NCBI RefSeq assembly: GCF_001194135.2 | Contig: NC_068998.1 | Coordinates: 54,682,528-54,746,527 of the forward strand | Reading direction: 5' to 3' | Source: Octopus bimaculoides | Lineage: Eukaryota | Length of the DNA: 64,000 bases | Shown: positions 25,301 through 39,000 of the stretch, piece after piece | Numbering within the stretch: position 1 is the stretch's first letter | Layout of the letters: every line of letters begins with the position of its first letter | Position numbers and translations under genes: made by a program | Notes under the pieces: generated by a model | Seen by the model: the letters and a program-made list of their open reading frames with translations, nothing else | Database searches by the model: none | Told to the model about the DNA's origin: nothing

Positions 25301-27961
25301 AACGCTGCTAAGCATTTTGCCCTGTTTTCTCTTGATTTATTATTGACTCGTTGTTACTGGGACAGAAGTAAGTTAGTTGTGAAGGCACATGGCTCAGTGG
25401 TTTGGGTATTTACTTCATGATCATAAGGCCACGAGTTCAATTCCCGATGGTGCCTTGTGTCCTTGAGCAAGACTCTTTATTTCACCCTGTGCCAGTCCGC
25501 TCAGCTGGCAAAAGTGAATTGTGTCTGTAATTCAAAGGGCCAGACTTATCACTTTCTCTGTCATGCTGAATCTCCCTGAAAACTACATTCAGGGTAGACA
25601 CAGGTCTGTGGAGCACTCAGCCACTTGCACTTTAATTTCATGAATAGGATGTTCCATTGATTGGACCAACTGGAATCCTTATCTTTGTAACCAACTGCAT
25701 GCAAGTGTTTTTAAGCTAGGTGACTTTAAATGAATTACCACTGTTTTTGGTACTCTGCATGAATTTAACATTTTCCCATATTTATAGCAAATCTCTTCTA
25801 TTCTTGAAGGAAGACCAGACTGTTGAGAACATGTCCAATCTGGGTTACATAGATTATTGGATGAAGTCTATCCATGCTCATTCAGCAGAGAGTACTAAGA
25901 ACACAATCACAAACTCCACACTCTCACCACCAATGTTTATAGTCGGCACTCATCGGAACAGCTTAAACGATGACCAAGACATCCTGAAACAGATGGTAAG
26001 TTTAGTTTTTATTTTGTTGTTGTGTCTAAGAAAATGGATCACTTCCCAACTCTGTAAGAGTCTCTTATCAGATCAGAGTGATGGAAACTGTCACTCAACT
26101 TGAGTGACACTCAAAACGCCAAGCTTTGACAAATACCAAATAAGTATAAAATGGAAACATCTGCGGACGGAATGTTGGTTCTATGCCACGCATGTTTGCC
26201 TCATTCTTGTTTCGGTATTTGGGAGTAATGCCATATTTTAATAGCTTGTGTTGATCAAATGTGGAAGATGCATGGCCAAGGGATTAATAGGACTTGGCTT
26301 TGATTCTCAGAGAAGGAAATGCATCTTTGAGCAGAAAACTTAATCCTTTAGCATTTAATCCGGACATATCTGGCCCAAATATTCTATCTGTTTTATATTA
26401 AAATTGACCACATCCAACCTCTCACACCTACCCTACAGTACCATTTTAAAAATATACAAACAAACTAATTGAAATGTTGAAGCTACAAAATAATGCTTGA
26501 TTGATTCAAAACAATCTCAATTAATAAGCAAACATTTGACAAAGATGGCGAAATGGCAGAGTGGTTAGCAAGCCGGACGAAATACTTAGCAGTATTTTGT
26601 CTGTCTTTACATCCTGAGTTCAAATTCTGCCGAGGTTGACTTTGCCTTTCATCCTTTCAAGGTCGATAAATTAAGTACCAGCTGTGTACTAGGGTCGATC
26701 TAATTGACTGGCCCCTTCCCCCAAAATTTCAGGCTTTGTGACTAGAGTAGAAAAGAATACATGTGATAAAAAAATCTGAATGTTAAAGGTTCGAATTTCA
26801 AGATGTGGATGGTCTTGGATCTAGACAACTCTTTGTTGCTAAATGCAAACAGCAGCAAAGGTGCTGCCTTCAGATTAGCGGCTGCTTAGAATCCAATAAA
26901 GTAAGGAGGTTGTATTTCTGCAAGCATCTATAAATGTTCAACATAATGTTCCACTTTTTAATCTGAATGGGAGACTGGAAGATTTTGTCGTTTTTACTTT
27001 ATGTAAACTACTGCTGTGTCTTTAATTGTCCTTGTACTGTCCCCAGTGTTTTGGCTCTTGTGGCCAAATCATTGTTCCTGTGGAAGAAATTGTTGTGGTT
27101 GTTGTTGATATTATTTTCAAAATATCTTGCTGTATTTTGCAGGTGAAGGAGAAGTTCAATGCCCTGGAGGAATTTCTAATTGGGAAACCTTATTATAAAC
27201 ACATAATAAAGCCATTCTTTGCTGTTGAAAACTACGGCAGTGAGGATGAAGAGGATGTACAGGTTTGAGCTCTTCAGGAAGACATTCATAGGGAAAAAGC
27301 TTTCAAAATCAGAATACATGTGTTAATATATTGCATAGATTATTTATGTGTGTCTGTGTGTCCATGTGTCTGCGTGTTTGTGTGTGTGTGTCTGAGTGTC
27401 CGTTCTGCGTCCATACCTAATGCTCCAATTGCCACCAGTATCACCATTACTTTCCTCATGCCCCATAACTTTCCTATTGCGTCTCGCAGTGGCTGGTATT
27501 TCTCACTCTTTTCTGGGTTTTATTACTATTATAAGACTCACAGCTTATTTTACTGGGTAAAATGGAAAGTGTCAGCTGTCCACAGCCAGCAGACTAAGCT
27601 GACACTTGTTTACTGGTCAGGCTTCAAGAACTCTGCAGAGAATTCTTGCAGTTACAATTATTATGATTATGATTATTATTATTATTATTTTTCATTATTA
27701 TTTATAATACTTTTTGATTTTTAGATTTGTCTCTTACGTGAACATATCCAGAAAGTGGCTCTTCAGGAACCATACATGGGAGAAAAAATCCCCACAAGAT
27801 GGTTACAGTTTGAAGACATAATTAATCAGCTAATTGACAATTGTAATAATTATGCAAGTATAGACCAGGTAGGTGATTAAGTTCTACATGCTTAGCACCT
27901 TTAATTCATTATGCAAAATCACAGCATTCAGCAAAGGAGAAGCTTCAGTTATTAATCCAAA

Positions 27962-28003
<42 letters not shown>

Positions 28004-31000
28004 ATTGATCTTTAATTTCTTACCAAATCTCACCTGTGTTTGGTACATGTTGCTTCTGTTTCACTCTTATTCCATGGAAATCAGGAATCAAACACAAAGT
28101 CTCTCGAGCATCTTAAAGTGAATCCTTCTACCATTGATATTGGATGAAAGATCCTGTAAATGTCAGCTTCGTTTACCTGTGATGTGTTGATAACATCATT
28201 ACTTTTGTTACTCTCTCATTCAAGTCTTTCCTCTGATAATTTAAATATTATCCATAAATATAATCTAATTACTAAATATCTTTGCATACACATGCTCTCT
28301 TCAAGCTGTTGGATGTTACTCTTAGTCAAGACTTTTCTCTGTGTTATTAGAAGTATTTGTTGTTGTTGTTGTTGTTGTTGAACTCCTGGCCAACTCTGAT
28401 CAAACAGAGCTGTGATCAGTGCCAGTCCAACCATGACCATCTGTTTCTCAGGTGCTGTCTATCTAGGACTACATTCATCATCATCATTTAAAATCTGTTT
28501 CCATGCTGGCATGGGTTGCACATATGCATACACACGTATGATGGGCTTCTTTTCAGTTTCCATGCGCTAAATCCATTCACAAGGCTTTGATTGACCTGAG
28601 GCCAAGGTGGCACACAGTGGGACTGAACCCAAGACCATGAGAAACCAGCTTCTCAACCACATGGCTATTCCCACATCAATATATTATCTTTACCCTCCAG
28701 TTTGTTAATCCATTGAGAAATGGCTGACTTCATAGACTTGGTGCAGTTGTGGCAGTAATTCTTCTGCTGTCAGTGGTTTAATATTTATTGTACAAGTTGG
28801 AAACGGTGACTTAATTCTGCTGAGATAAGCATTATTTATTGCTTAATCAGAAAAACCATCCATTGAAAACACATGCCCACGACAATGTCCTCATAATGGA
28901 ATGGTTTACCAACTTACCCAGCCCAGCAGTACACATATCATGTAACACAGAACATTTGTCTAATATAAAAGATTTGACATGTTCAGTTGTTTCCCGAAAA
29001 AAAAAAGAAAAATCTTTATTGATTTCTGTTCCACAATCAGAGAATCATGCACATTGCATTCATTTCCAAATCTTGCAGTTCCTCTCATGTATTTAAGGAC
29101 AAAAAGGCAGAACAGAAAACAGAACAAAAGCTCAATGAGTTTTGCACGTTTTATACTTGTTCTGTTTTATTTCCTACGATAATATAAAAGGTTTCACTTC
29201 AAAACATGTTTGTGCCTGATGTTTTTTGAATCATCATCATCATCATCACTAAAACACAAACATGAAGGTTTTCTGTTGTTGTTGTTTAGCCTCAGGTCAT
29301 CTTTGATTGAACACGCACATCTATAATGAAAGACATCCTAGCCATGACCATCTCATCTTTCCAACTATAACTTTTAACATAGATTACATTTTTCCTGCAT
29401 GTCCTTCTCTATTTTTCAAGAGAGTATGGTTTTATTTGTGTGAGATTTAGCTGCTATTTCTACAAAGCAAGTAAACACAGAGAGAAATCAACCTCAATTA
29501 CAGTTCACTCAAAAATGCACACATCCATAACAAATACCACAAGGTATTCTAACAACTCTGTCAATTCATCGATATTGTTGCAGTAAACACAGAAAAACTA
29601 AACAGTTTTCTCCAAACTTTTATCTCATTCAAGATAACAATAAAAACATGTCTCAGTTTGTGAAATTCAGTTTCTCACTTATGAAATATTGCTGCAGCTG
29701 TTTAATATTTTTATTCTTAACAATACATTTTGATTAAGGTAATTAGAATTTTTTTTTATGAACTTTAGACACTCTAGATTTGTGTAATGTTACAAACAAA
29801 TTGCTTAATAAAGTACTTTGGTTCTGTTGCTATTGTTTCTTCCAAGCTCAGGTGGCAGACTTGGCTTTAGACATTGGAATTGAAGATGAACAAGAAGTGC
29901 AGACAATGTTGGATTTCTACCACGATCTTGGTGTCATTATCTACTATGGAGGCAGTTTATCTGCAGTCGACAACATTCTACGCAGCCTTGTCATTTTAAA
30001 TCTCCAGTGGTTGGTGGAAATGTTCCGTAGGGTAATAACTGCCAACTACCCTCTGAATCAAGTAAGTTTTGTATAAAGTTTATCGGTTCTGTTTCAATAT
30101 TTTCATTGAGAAGACTTTAATTAGACTTTCTTAAGATGAAGTAAGATATTAAACCGACAAGTTATTAAAGTTTCCTTTTTTGAATAACTTGAGAAATTCT
30201 CTGTGAAAATAACAGAAAAACAAAACAACAAAATTTTCAACCTGATTATTTTTTTATGGATTTTCTTTCGAATTATAAATTATCAATTTTCTACCTCCCC
30301 CACCCTCTCCCTGGGTTTCGTTGAATTAAACTACTTCCTATCTGTTTGTAGGAGAAAATGCCTAAGTTGTGGGAGGTGGGGGAAGATTCAATTTGATAAT
30401 TTCTATATATTTATATTACAGCATTTATTTAGTTTCAATTAATTTGAGAACAATTATCTCTTAGAGTATTTTCCTTAGACACCAACCAAGACATTACATT
30501 CTACTCCATGCTGTGTAGAAACGATGGGAAAAAATAAATAACACTGACAGTAACACACATTAACATATAAACTAAAGAAAATTATATTTCACACACGCAA
30601 ACATACACATCTATATTGATATTTGAATTTCTTGATCAGAAATATGCATCCCTGAATAATCAGGTCTGTTGACCTTATCCCCCAAAATACACCTGGTATT
30701 CCTCATACCCAATGGCCAGCTCAGTTGAAGCAGTGTCTTCTGCTGATTTAGACTCCCATGCCATGAGTTGATGGTGCAATATGTTAACCATTAGCTTATT
30801 TTGCTTTCCTCATATCTCAAAATAGTTATTTCAATATTTCCAGACTATTATTGTTGCATAATATTTTTTTTTAGCTGTAAACAATCTCAACTTTAACCTA
30901 GACATTTCTGTTTCTTTCTTTTCTTTCTACCTCCTGCTGTGTTTCCAGTTACATTTTCATCACAGAAACAAATCAAACAAAAAGATAAAACAAAACAACA

Positions 31001-32732
31001 AAAAAAACACGTCCAATCTCTCATTCGAAAGACGACTGCCCTATGGAATTGCTTCCCTTTTCTATTTCTAAATGTTAAAAGTTAAACATTTAAATGTTAA
31101 TTCTTTAAACCACAATAATTCCGCTCGTCCTTTCACCTTTTGGAATTAGGAAATGCTCCTTCTTCCACCAAGCTCTGGAAACAGCCCTCCTTTGACTCAG
31201 AAAGTAAAATACTTTATTGTGGACCTCAATTGGTATAAGGCCAGAATTTGTGGTCAAACTCCAGTACTCAACCAGTAGAGAACCCCTGTTAACCATTCAG
31301 ACAATAAAATAAACCTTCTGCTTTATGCTCTCTTTATAGGAAAGTAGAAGGACATTGGACAAGCTTGTCACAGATACGGTCGCAGTATATATTTATTGTT
31401 TATGGGTTTTGCAAACATCTTTTTGTGTTTGTTCTCTTTTTCTTTTTCACAAAAGTCAGTTTTCTTACAGGATAGTGTTTATGTTGAGAAGCGACAGCAA
31501 CTGGAAAAATATGGGCTTCTGGATGAGCAACTGATAAATTATTTATGGAATGATGAACTTGAACATAAGGCAGCCCTGTTGGGGTTGTTGCAAAAGTTTG
31601 ATCTCATCTGTAAACGTATTCCTTCAAAGGTAGGACACTTTTATTTCATCATCATCATTTAATGTCCATGTTCCATTCTGGTATGGTTTGACTGGATCCG
31701 ATGTGTCCAAGGACTACACCAAGTTCCAATGTCTACTTTGATATGGTTCCAATGGCTGGATATCCTTCCTAATGTCAACCTCTTTACAGCCGTGGACTGG
31801 ATGCTTTTTTTTTTTTTGTGCCACCTGCACTATTGAGGTTGCCATGCAGTTCATAGGGTTGTGAGCTCCTGGGGAGGTGGGTTGGTCAGCTCCATGCTAG
31901 GGAATGGGGGGGATTAATATGAGGGGAGGTGGGGCAGAACAGGTTTTTGCAGAGGGATCTGCAAGGCTACTCACATCAGGTAGGAGTGGGGTCAGATGGT
32001 TCAACACACAATAATAATAATAATAATAATCTTTTCTTTATTGATCACAACAGCCCAAGATGTAGAGATGGAACATGCTGCAGGAGAAATTGTGATTAAA
32101 CAAAAAGAAGACAACAATGACTACAACAAGTATCAATTGAATATCAATGATGAAAGTGTCCCCCAAATGGGGGTGTGGGGACAAGAATCACCTAGAGCCA
32201 ATCAAGGATCCCCCACAGGTCCTGAATTACTGTGATTACCTGTAATCTTGTTCTCCAGCTTACAGGTGCATGTTGAGGCTAGGCCCAATCACTAGCCATT
32301 CAAGTTGTGAGTTCGAATCCCAGACCGGGCTGTGTTCTTGAGCAAGACACTTTATTTCACATTGCTCCAGTTCACTCATGTGTAGAAATGAGTTGTGACG
32401 TCACTGGTGCCAAGCTGTATCGGCTCCTTTGCCTTTCCCTTAGACAACAAGGGAGTGGCATGGAGAGAGGAGGCCGGTATGCATGGGCGACTGCTGGTCT
32501 TCCATAAAACAACCCTGCCCAGTTCCCATGGTCAGTCATGACTGAAAGGGGTCTTTACCCTTTACCTTACCTTACGTGTGTGTATACATACATGCATATA
32601 TATATAAATATATATATGTATGTGTGTGTGTATATATATATATGTATGTATATATGTATGTGTTTGTGTATATATGTATGTATATATATACGTGTGTGTA
32701 TATATATATGTATATATATATGTGTATATATA

Positions 32733-32765
<33 letters not shown>

Positions 32766-33056
32766 GTACAAACAAACACGTATGCACATATAAATATATT
32801 TGTAGAAAATCTAAAATAATCGATCTTCAGATTTCCTGATAATTTGGTTATTTAGACTCGACTGGTATATCTTCTTGCAGTCATCTGCCAGAAATTGCTT
32901 CAGTATTTTAAGATGGCATTTACTCTGTCTATCCGTGATATTTTTAATTAAAATATTTCAAAAACATTCTCTTCTTCAGATCTTATCTCCCATAGCAACA
33001 AATTAAGCCTGTTAAAAGGTAATGCAAATAAATGTTGAATCGAGGATATCTGGTTT

Positions 33057-33089
<33 letters not shown>

Positions 33090-33468
33090 TTTTTCTTTAC
33101 CTTTTTTTTTTCTGTATTTCTTTCCTGCCAATTAGGTGGATAACAGCAAAGGAGCTAGTTATTATGTACCTTCGATGTTTCATCTACCACGAGATAACAA
33201 GAAGCTTCATCCAGGAAATTCAGATGTTGTCACCTTTTATTTAAATTTTCATGGATTCCTTCCAGGTAATTAACACAAATATCTTCATTTCCACCACCAT
33301 CGTCACCATCACCATTATCACTACTGTCATCAACATCATCACAGCCACCACCACCACCACTACCATCATCATCACCACCACCATTATCAGTAACACCTCC
33401 ACCACATTCCACTCTTGTCTAATTTTTCTGTGATGAAAACATTGTAATTGCCAGTATACAATTTTATT

Positions 33469-33505
<37 letters not shown>

Positions 33506-35666
33506 GAAAATTTATGTAATTTCATTTAAATTCATTTTCATTTGAACATCATTAGAAAATACAATGAAAAAAGAATTAGGAAAATGTTATTTTGGGGGGA
33601 AAACGAAATACTGTTGGAGGGTATTCAGTGCATGGATTCCAGGTAGAAACGGTTTGATGCAAAATGAATGAAGCCTGGTAATCGTCTGTGGTGACATGAT
33701 TCAATTCCGTGAAAAGCAAAAATGAAACGAGCAAACCATGTTTCATACTTTTTCTTCACACTGTACTCGCTTTGCTTTATAGATTGCATTCATTTTAACC
33801 TAACATTTTCCTGGATCCTGTTATAGACACGATATATATATATGTATATGTGTACACACGCATATACATATGTGTGTGTGTGTGTTAGAGTTATTTTAAA
33901 TGTGAAGTATGCAACCAGTAGGCATATTATGATGGCATGATAAGGGAACAATTGAATTTATGGAAAAGGAGTAATAAAAAGAAGGAAATCGTTGTGTGAT
34001 ATATAAAGGTTAATATATGCTTAAGATGGTATCAAACTGTTCTGGTGATCAGAAGCTATTGTCGATAACTGAGATGAAAACAAAAGACAGGTACAGTTGA
34101 TGAGCTGAAGGTTGGAGTCATTTGGAAGTGTTACCTTAACAATTATCGATATAAATGTATTTGAAAGTGTTAGTGGTTTAAGATATGAGCACCAGTCTAT
34201 CTAGAGAATGAACCCCTTTCATAGTTGAGGAGGAGATTGCAGTTTTGGACAAAGGCAGAAGCTAAATAACATTAAATTAGCTTTTGACTTTATGCATGAC
34301 ACCAAGCCAAGAAAGTGTATTTACGATGAAAATAATTCTGATGCTTTCAATGTTGAGGAATCTTTAAATTGGATTTCATTTATAAGGAATGGTGTTATTC
34401 TGGTTTAGCCTTTGATCAACCTTCATCAAGCTGGTCTACAATCACAATCATTCCTGTCGCAATTACCTTGGCTATTTTTTTGTGACATTGTATATCTTGG
34501 AGTACAGTATCCAGTGTGTCTTTTTTCTTTTTAAGATGGTTCAGTTTGGATTTAAAGTCGATTCAGCTGCTATTTCTAGCAGGACTGACGATCGCTTGAA
34601 TATCTACGTCTCTCTTTTGACTGGTGAACTCCAGTTTGCTTGCTTGGAAATTGTTGTATGATTTTTGTTGAAATGAAAGCTCATAGAGACAAGAGATTGT
34701 TAAGCTCTTAAGAGACAAGGATTAAAATGTTTTGGTTTAACTCTATTTTCAAATTAACATCATAATATTTCCATTTAGCCCGGCCGTATTTACTATCACC
34801 AGACTTTGTCCATCATTCTTACTGAATTAAGATCTTTTATAAACAACTATTCTCAACTGTTTACATCCATTACAAAACGATTGAGATGAGATTTATTATA
34901 TTTTTCAGAAGCATTATTTCACCGAATCTTAGCACACACCCTACATTGGTCTCAGGAATGTGGTGGCTCTGAGCCATATCTTTACTATCGAGTAGCTCGA
35001 CTTTTTCTTGATTCTGAACATGATTTTATTTTAGAAATGTTACCCAGTTCATATGCAAAGGTCAAGGTAACAAATATTTTTACTAAAGTTCACCATGTTT
35101 GCTCATTATTTTATTTATCTTTAAATTTTGTCGTAAAACATTTTTTTTAATAAAATTATTTCTATATCTATTTTTTCTTTCATTGGTTCGACAAATAATT
35201 GGTTTCAAATTTTGGCACAAGGCCAGCAATTTTGGGGTAGGGTTGAGTCAATTACATCAACCCCATTAATCAGCTGGTACTTATTTTTATCGACCCTGAA
35301 AGGATGAAAGGCAAAGTTGACCTCGGCAGAATTCAAACTCAGAACATAAAGACTGACAAAATGCTGCCAAACATTTTGTATCAGTGAAAGTGATAGGGAA
35401 GTGTCTGTGTAATTTGGTGCAGAACAAATGTCTCAAGGGATTTTGTTCACAAAAACTCTAGTTTTTCAGTCTTCTTGTCAATGTTTACATCCTTCAACTC
35501 AATATAGAAAAGCTACATATATCAAAGCACATTTAGGTTTACAAACAGAACATTACATCAATATACAATAGACAAATATATTGTGTGTGTGTGTGTGTAC
35601 ACTTGTATTGAAAGGACATTTTTTCTGACACAGGTAATGCTTTAATGATTCTGTTAATCCACACCC

Positions 35667-35720
<54 letters not shown>

Positions 35721-36005
35721 GTTTCAAATTTTGGCCCAAAGCCAGCAATTNNNNNNNNNNGGGGGGGGGGGGTAAATTGCTTACATCAACCCCAGTACTC
35801 AACTGATCCTTATTTTATAAACCTTGAAAGGATGAAAGGCAAAGTTGACCTTGGTGGAATTTCAACACAGGACATAAAGGTGGACAAAATGCCACTAAGC
35901 ATTTTTCCCAGCGTCCTATGGTTCTGCCAGCTCATCACCTTAATAATAATACTAATAGTAGTAGTAGTAGTAGTAGCAGCGCAACGTAACCAACCAAATA
36001 TCTAC

Positions 36006-36041
<36 letters not shown>

Positions 36042-39000
36042 GTGGCGAGCTGGCGGAAATGTTAGCACGTTGGGCAAAATGCTTAGCAGTATTTTGTCTG
36101 TCTTTATGTTCTGAGTTCAAATTCCACCAAGGTTGACTTTGCCTTTCATCCTTTCAGGGTCAATAAATTAAGTACCAGTTGTGTACTGGGTCGATCTAAT
36201 TGACTACCCCCCCATCCCCCCAAACTTTCAGGCTTTGTGCCTAGAGTAGAAAAGAGTGTATGTGTGTGTCCGTCCGTCCGTCCGTCCATGCAGTACAGTA
36301 ATGGAGATATCAATGATAAAGCAGTAATGCTGTAACATGCGAATAAACACTTCAGTTAATAAATTAGCTGCTTTCAGTTCGAGAGAGAGAACAAAATTAA
36401 CACCCTCATGCCGTTGAACATTTAAGTTAATTAAGTAAAAGATCTTAATTATTTGCTCCTACTATCAAAAAAAGATCTACTGTTCTAACGAGAATGCCTA
36501 GCTTCAATATTTAGTCACCATGTTTATATAAACCTCAAATACTGTTTTATTTTCAGCTTCAATTAATCTTGGAATTCTATTAGATTATTCTCTGAAGAAA
36601 AGTTATTGAACTTATCCGAGAACTCGGTTAAAACGTTGATAAAATATCTTTTATTTTCCGAATACTAAAATATAATAATGATAAAATGATTTCAAAGCTA
36701 GGAATTAGCCTGGATAAATTCCACCTAAATTCCTCTCATCTCTGTAACTGTATGACTTCTCTGACATGTTGGTGTTATTTCTAAGTCTTCACCTGGGTTT
36801 ATTTATTAGCAATTACTACTGTCTCCAGGTGTTCTATCCTATCAAAGGATTTGGAAATTTGTAAAATTAATTATGTAACTCGTACAGATTTCAGTAGTTT
36901 CATACCATTATCTGTTATGATTGATAGACAAGAAGAAAACCCACTTCTTATTGTATTGTTTGCTGTAATCTGTTTGTTTGCAGGTTGTTGTGATGCGTGT
37001 TGCAGAAGCCAGAGAAGAGGATGTTTATATTAGTGACAATGGACAGAAAGCTCCTCTTGTAACGAGCCCCCAAGCAGTGGCTAAGGTATTCATTTGTGTT
37101 GATAATATTCTCCTGTCAAAGCGAACCGAAGCTTACAAATCTGATCTTGATCACTGAGATGATTCAGGGACTGTGGATTCAAAGTGAAGATGGTTTTTAG
37201 AAATAGCCAACCAAATTATTAATTCAGTTCTATTATTTTGAATAGGGGTGTGGGGTGGAGAGAAGGGTGTAATTAAGACTTACCTTAGTTTAGTTTTAAT
37301 CATCATCATCATCATTTAATGTCCACTTTTCCTTGCTTGCAAGTGTAGACAGAATTTTTCTATGACTGGATGCCCTTCCTGTCACCAATCCTTGCCTGTA
37401 TCCTAGTGAAGTAATATTTCCCTGTGGTTAGATGTGATGTCAAGACAAGGGTACACATAAATACACAGACACACAAGCGCAACAAGATAAAAGATTCTTT
37501 CAGTTTCCATCTAGCCAACAGAGTCTTTGATTGATCTGGAGGTGTGGTAGAAGACATTTGACCAAGGTGCCATGGAGTGGGACTGAACCCAAAACCATAT
37601 GGCTGGGAAGGAAGCTTCTTAACCACACAGCCATGCTTGTGTCTCTTAATAATGCAGCTGAACTAAAAAAAAAAGGAAAACAGAGAGCATTGAAGACAAA
37701 ATTCAGTTTAGTTTAAATAATATTGAAAATTGGCTTTGAGCCAGAAAAGGGTCACAAATCTGGGGCTTATCTGAATTTCTGAGATGTTTAGTGACTGGAA
37801 ATACAAGACTTGCCCCTGGGCAGAACACCAGTACATTACAGGGTTAATGCACTGGTGTAAAGAGTAATGAAGTGCCTTGCTCAAGGACAGAATGTACCAC
37901 TCTATTCAAGAATTGAACCCTCAACCTGACAATCGTGTCCACTAAGCCATGCACCTTCACTTAAATAATGCAGTCAAGTGTCTTCCATTAATTTCCAAAA
38001 TTAATCCAAAGCATTGAAGAGTGTTTTTCTTTCTTTCTTTCGTTTGTTCGTTTGTCAATAGAATATTGTCTCACGAAAGGATTGCTTTTTTTATTTAAAA
38101 AATTTTTTAAATTAAGGGTTAAAAAAAGCCATTTTATATTTCAACAGGTACGTAATTTTTTGGACACAACACTTCTTCGACTGCGGGAAGTATGGATGAA
38201 ACGTATCTCCTACAGCACCAGTGTCAGTTGTCCGTGTGGCCAGTTATGTGATTTTCATCATATCAGTGGTTGTACGGCTGAGACTTGTCTTCATTTTCTC
38301 GATCTTGATGAATGTCTTAGCAAAAAGGTTAGTCTCCCTCACTCATTCCATGTTCATGGCACCCCACCCTTCCTTTTTTAACATTTTCTTGTCTGTTTTT
38401 TTTTTTTACATTTTTCTCTCCATCTACTGGTCTCAATCATTGGACTGTGACCATTCTGAGACAACATTTTCATTGGTCTTAATCATGGTTGTGTTGTTAA
38501 GAAACTTGCACTGTGTGAGACCTTGGGCAAGTGCTTTGTTTATATCCCCTTAACTTAGCTGCTTGACAAAAGTGACTGATAGTATAAGTACCAGACTGTG
38601 GTTGATTTGTTTGACTAATCCTTTCAAGGTGACACCTTCATCAGCCAAACTCTGTTGTGTTGTACGTGGTCTGTGGAATGCTGTCACCAACCCTCACCTG
38701 TTTTTCATCAAAATAATATTTTCCCTTTATCCTTTGAACACAAACAGCACCTGAGTAGGAAATGTTTTTAATGGTAGAATGCTTGTATCATGGTGATGTT
38801 GTTTACGATTATCATGGGACATCAAAACAAGACATGAACACATGCTCACATATAATAGGCTTCTTTTAGTTTCCCTCTCCCGAATCCTCTTTGGTTGGCC
38901 TGGGGTTTTAGAGAAGGTATTTGCCCAAGGTGCTGCACTGTGGGACTGAATCCAGGACCCTGGGATTGCAAAGCAAACTTCTTATCTGTGTGCTACATAA

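Noticed and set aside
26544-26630. tRNA-like A/B-box sequences as tRNA genes
   Set aside because: They are SINE heads with no complete cloverleaf, followed by a repeat body.
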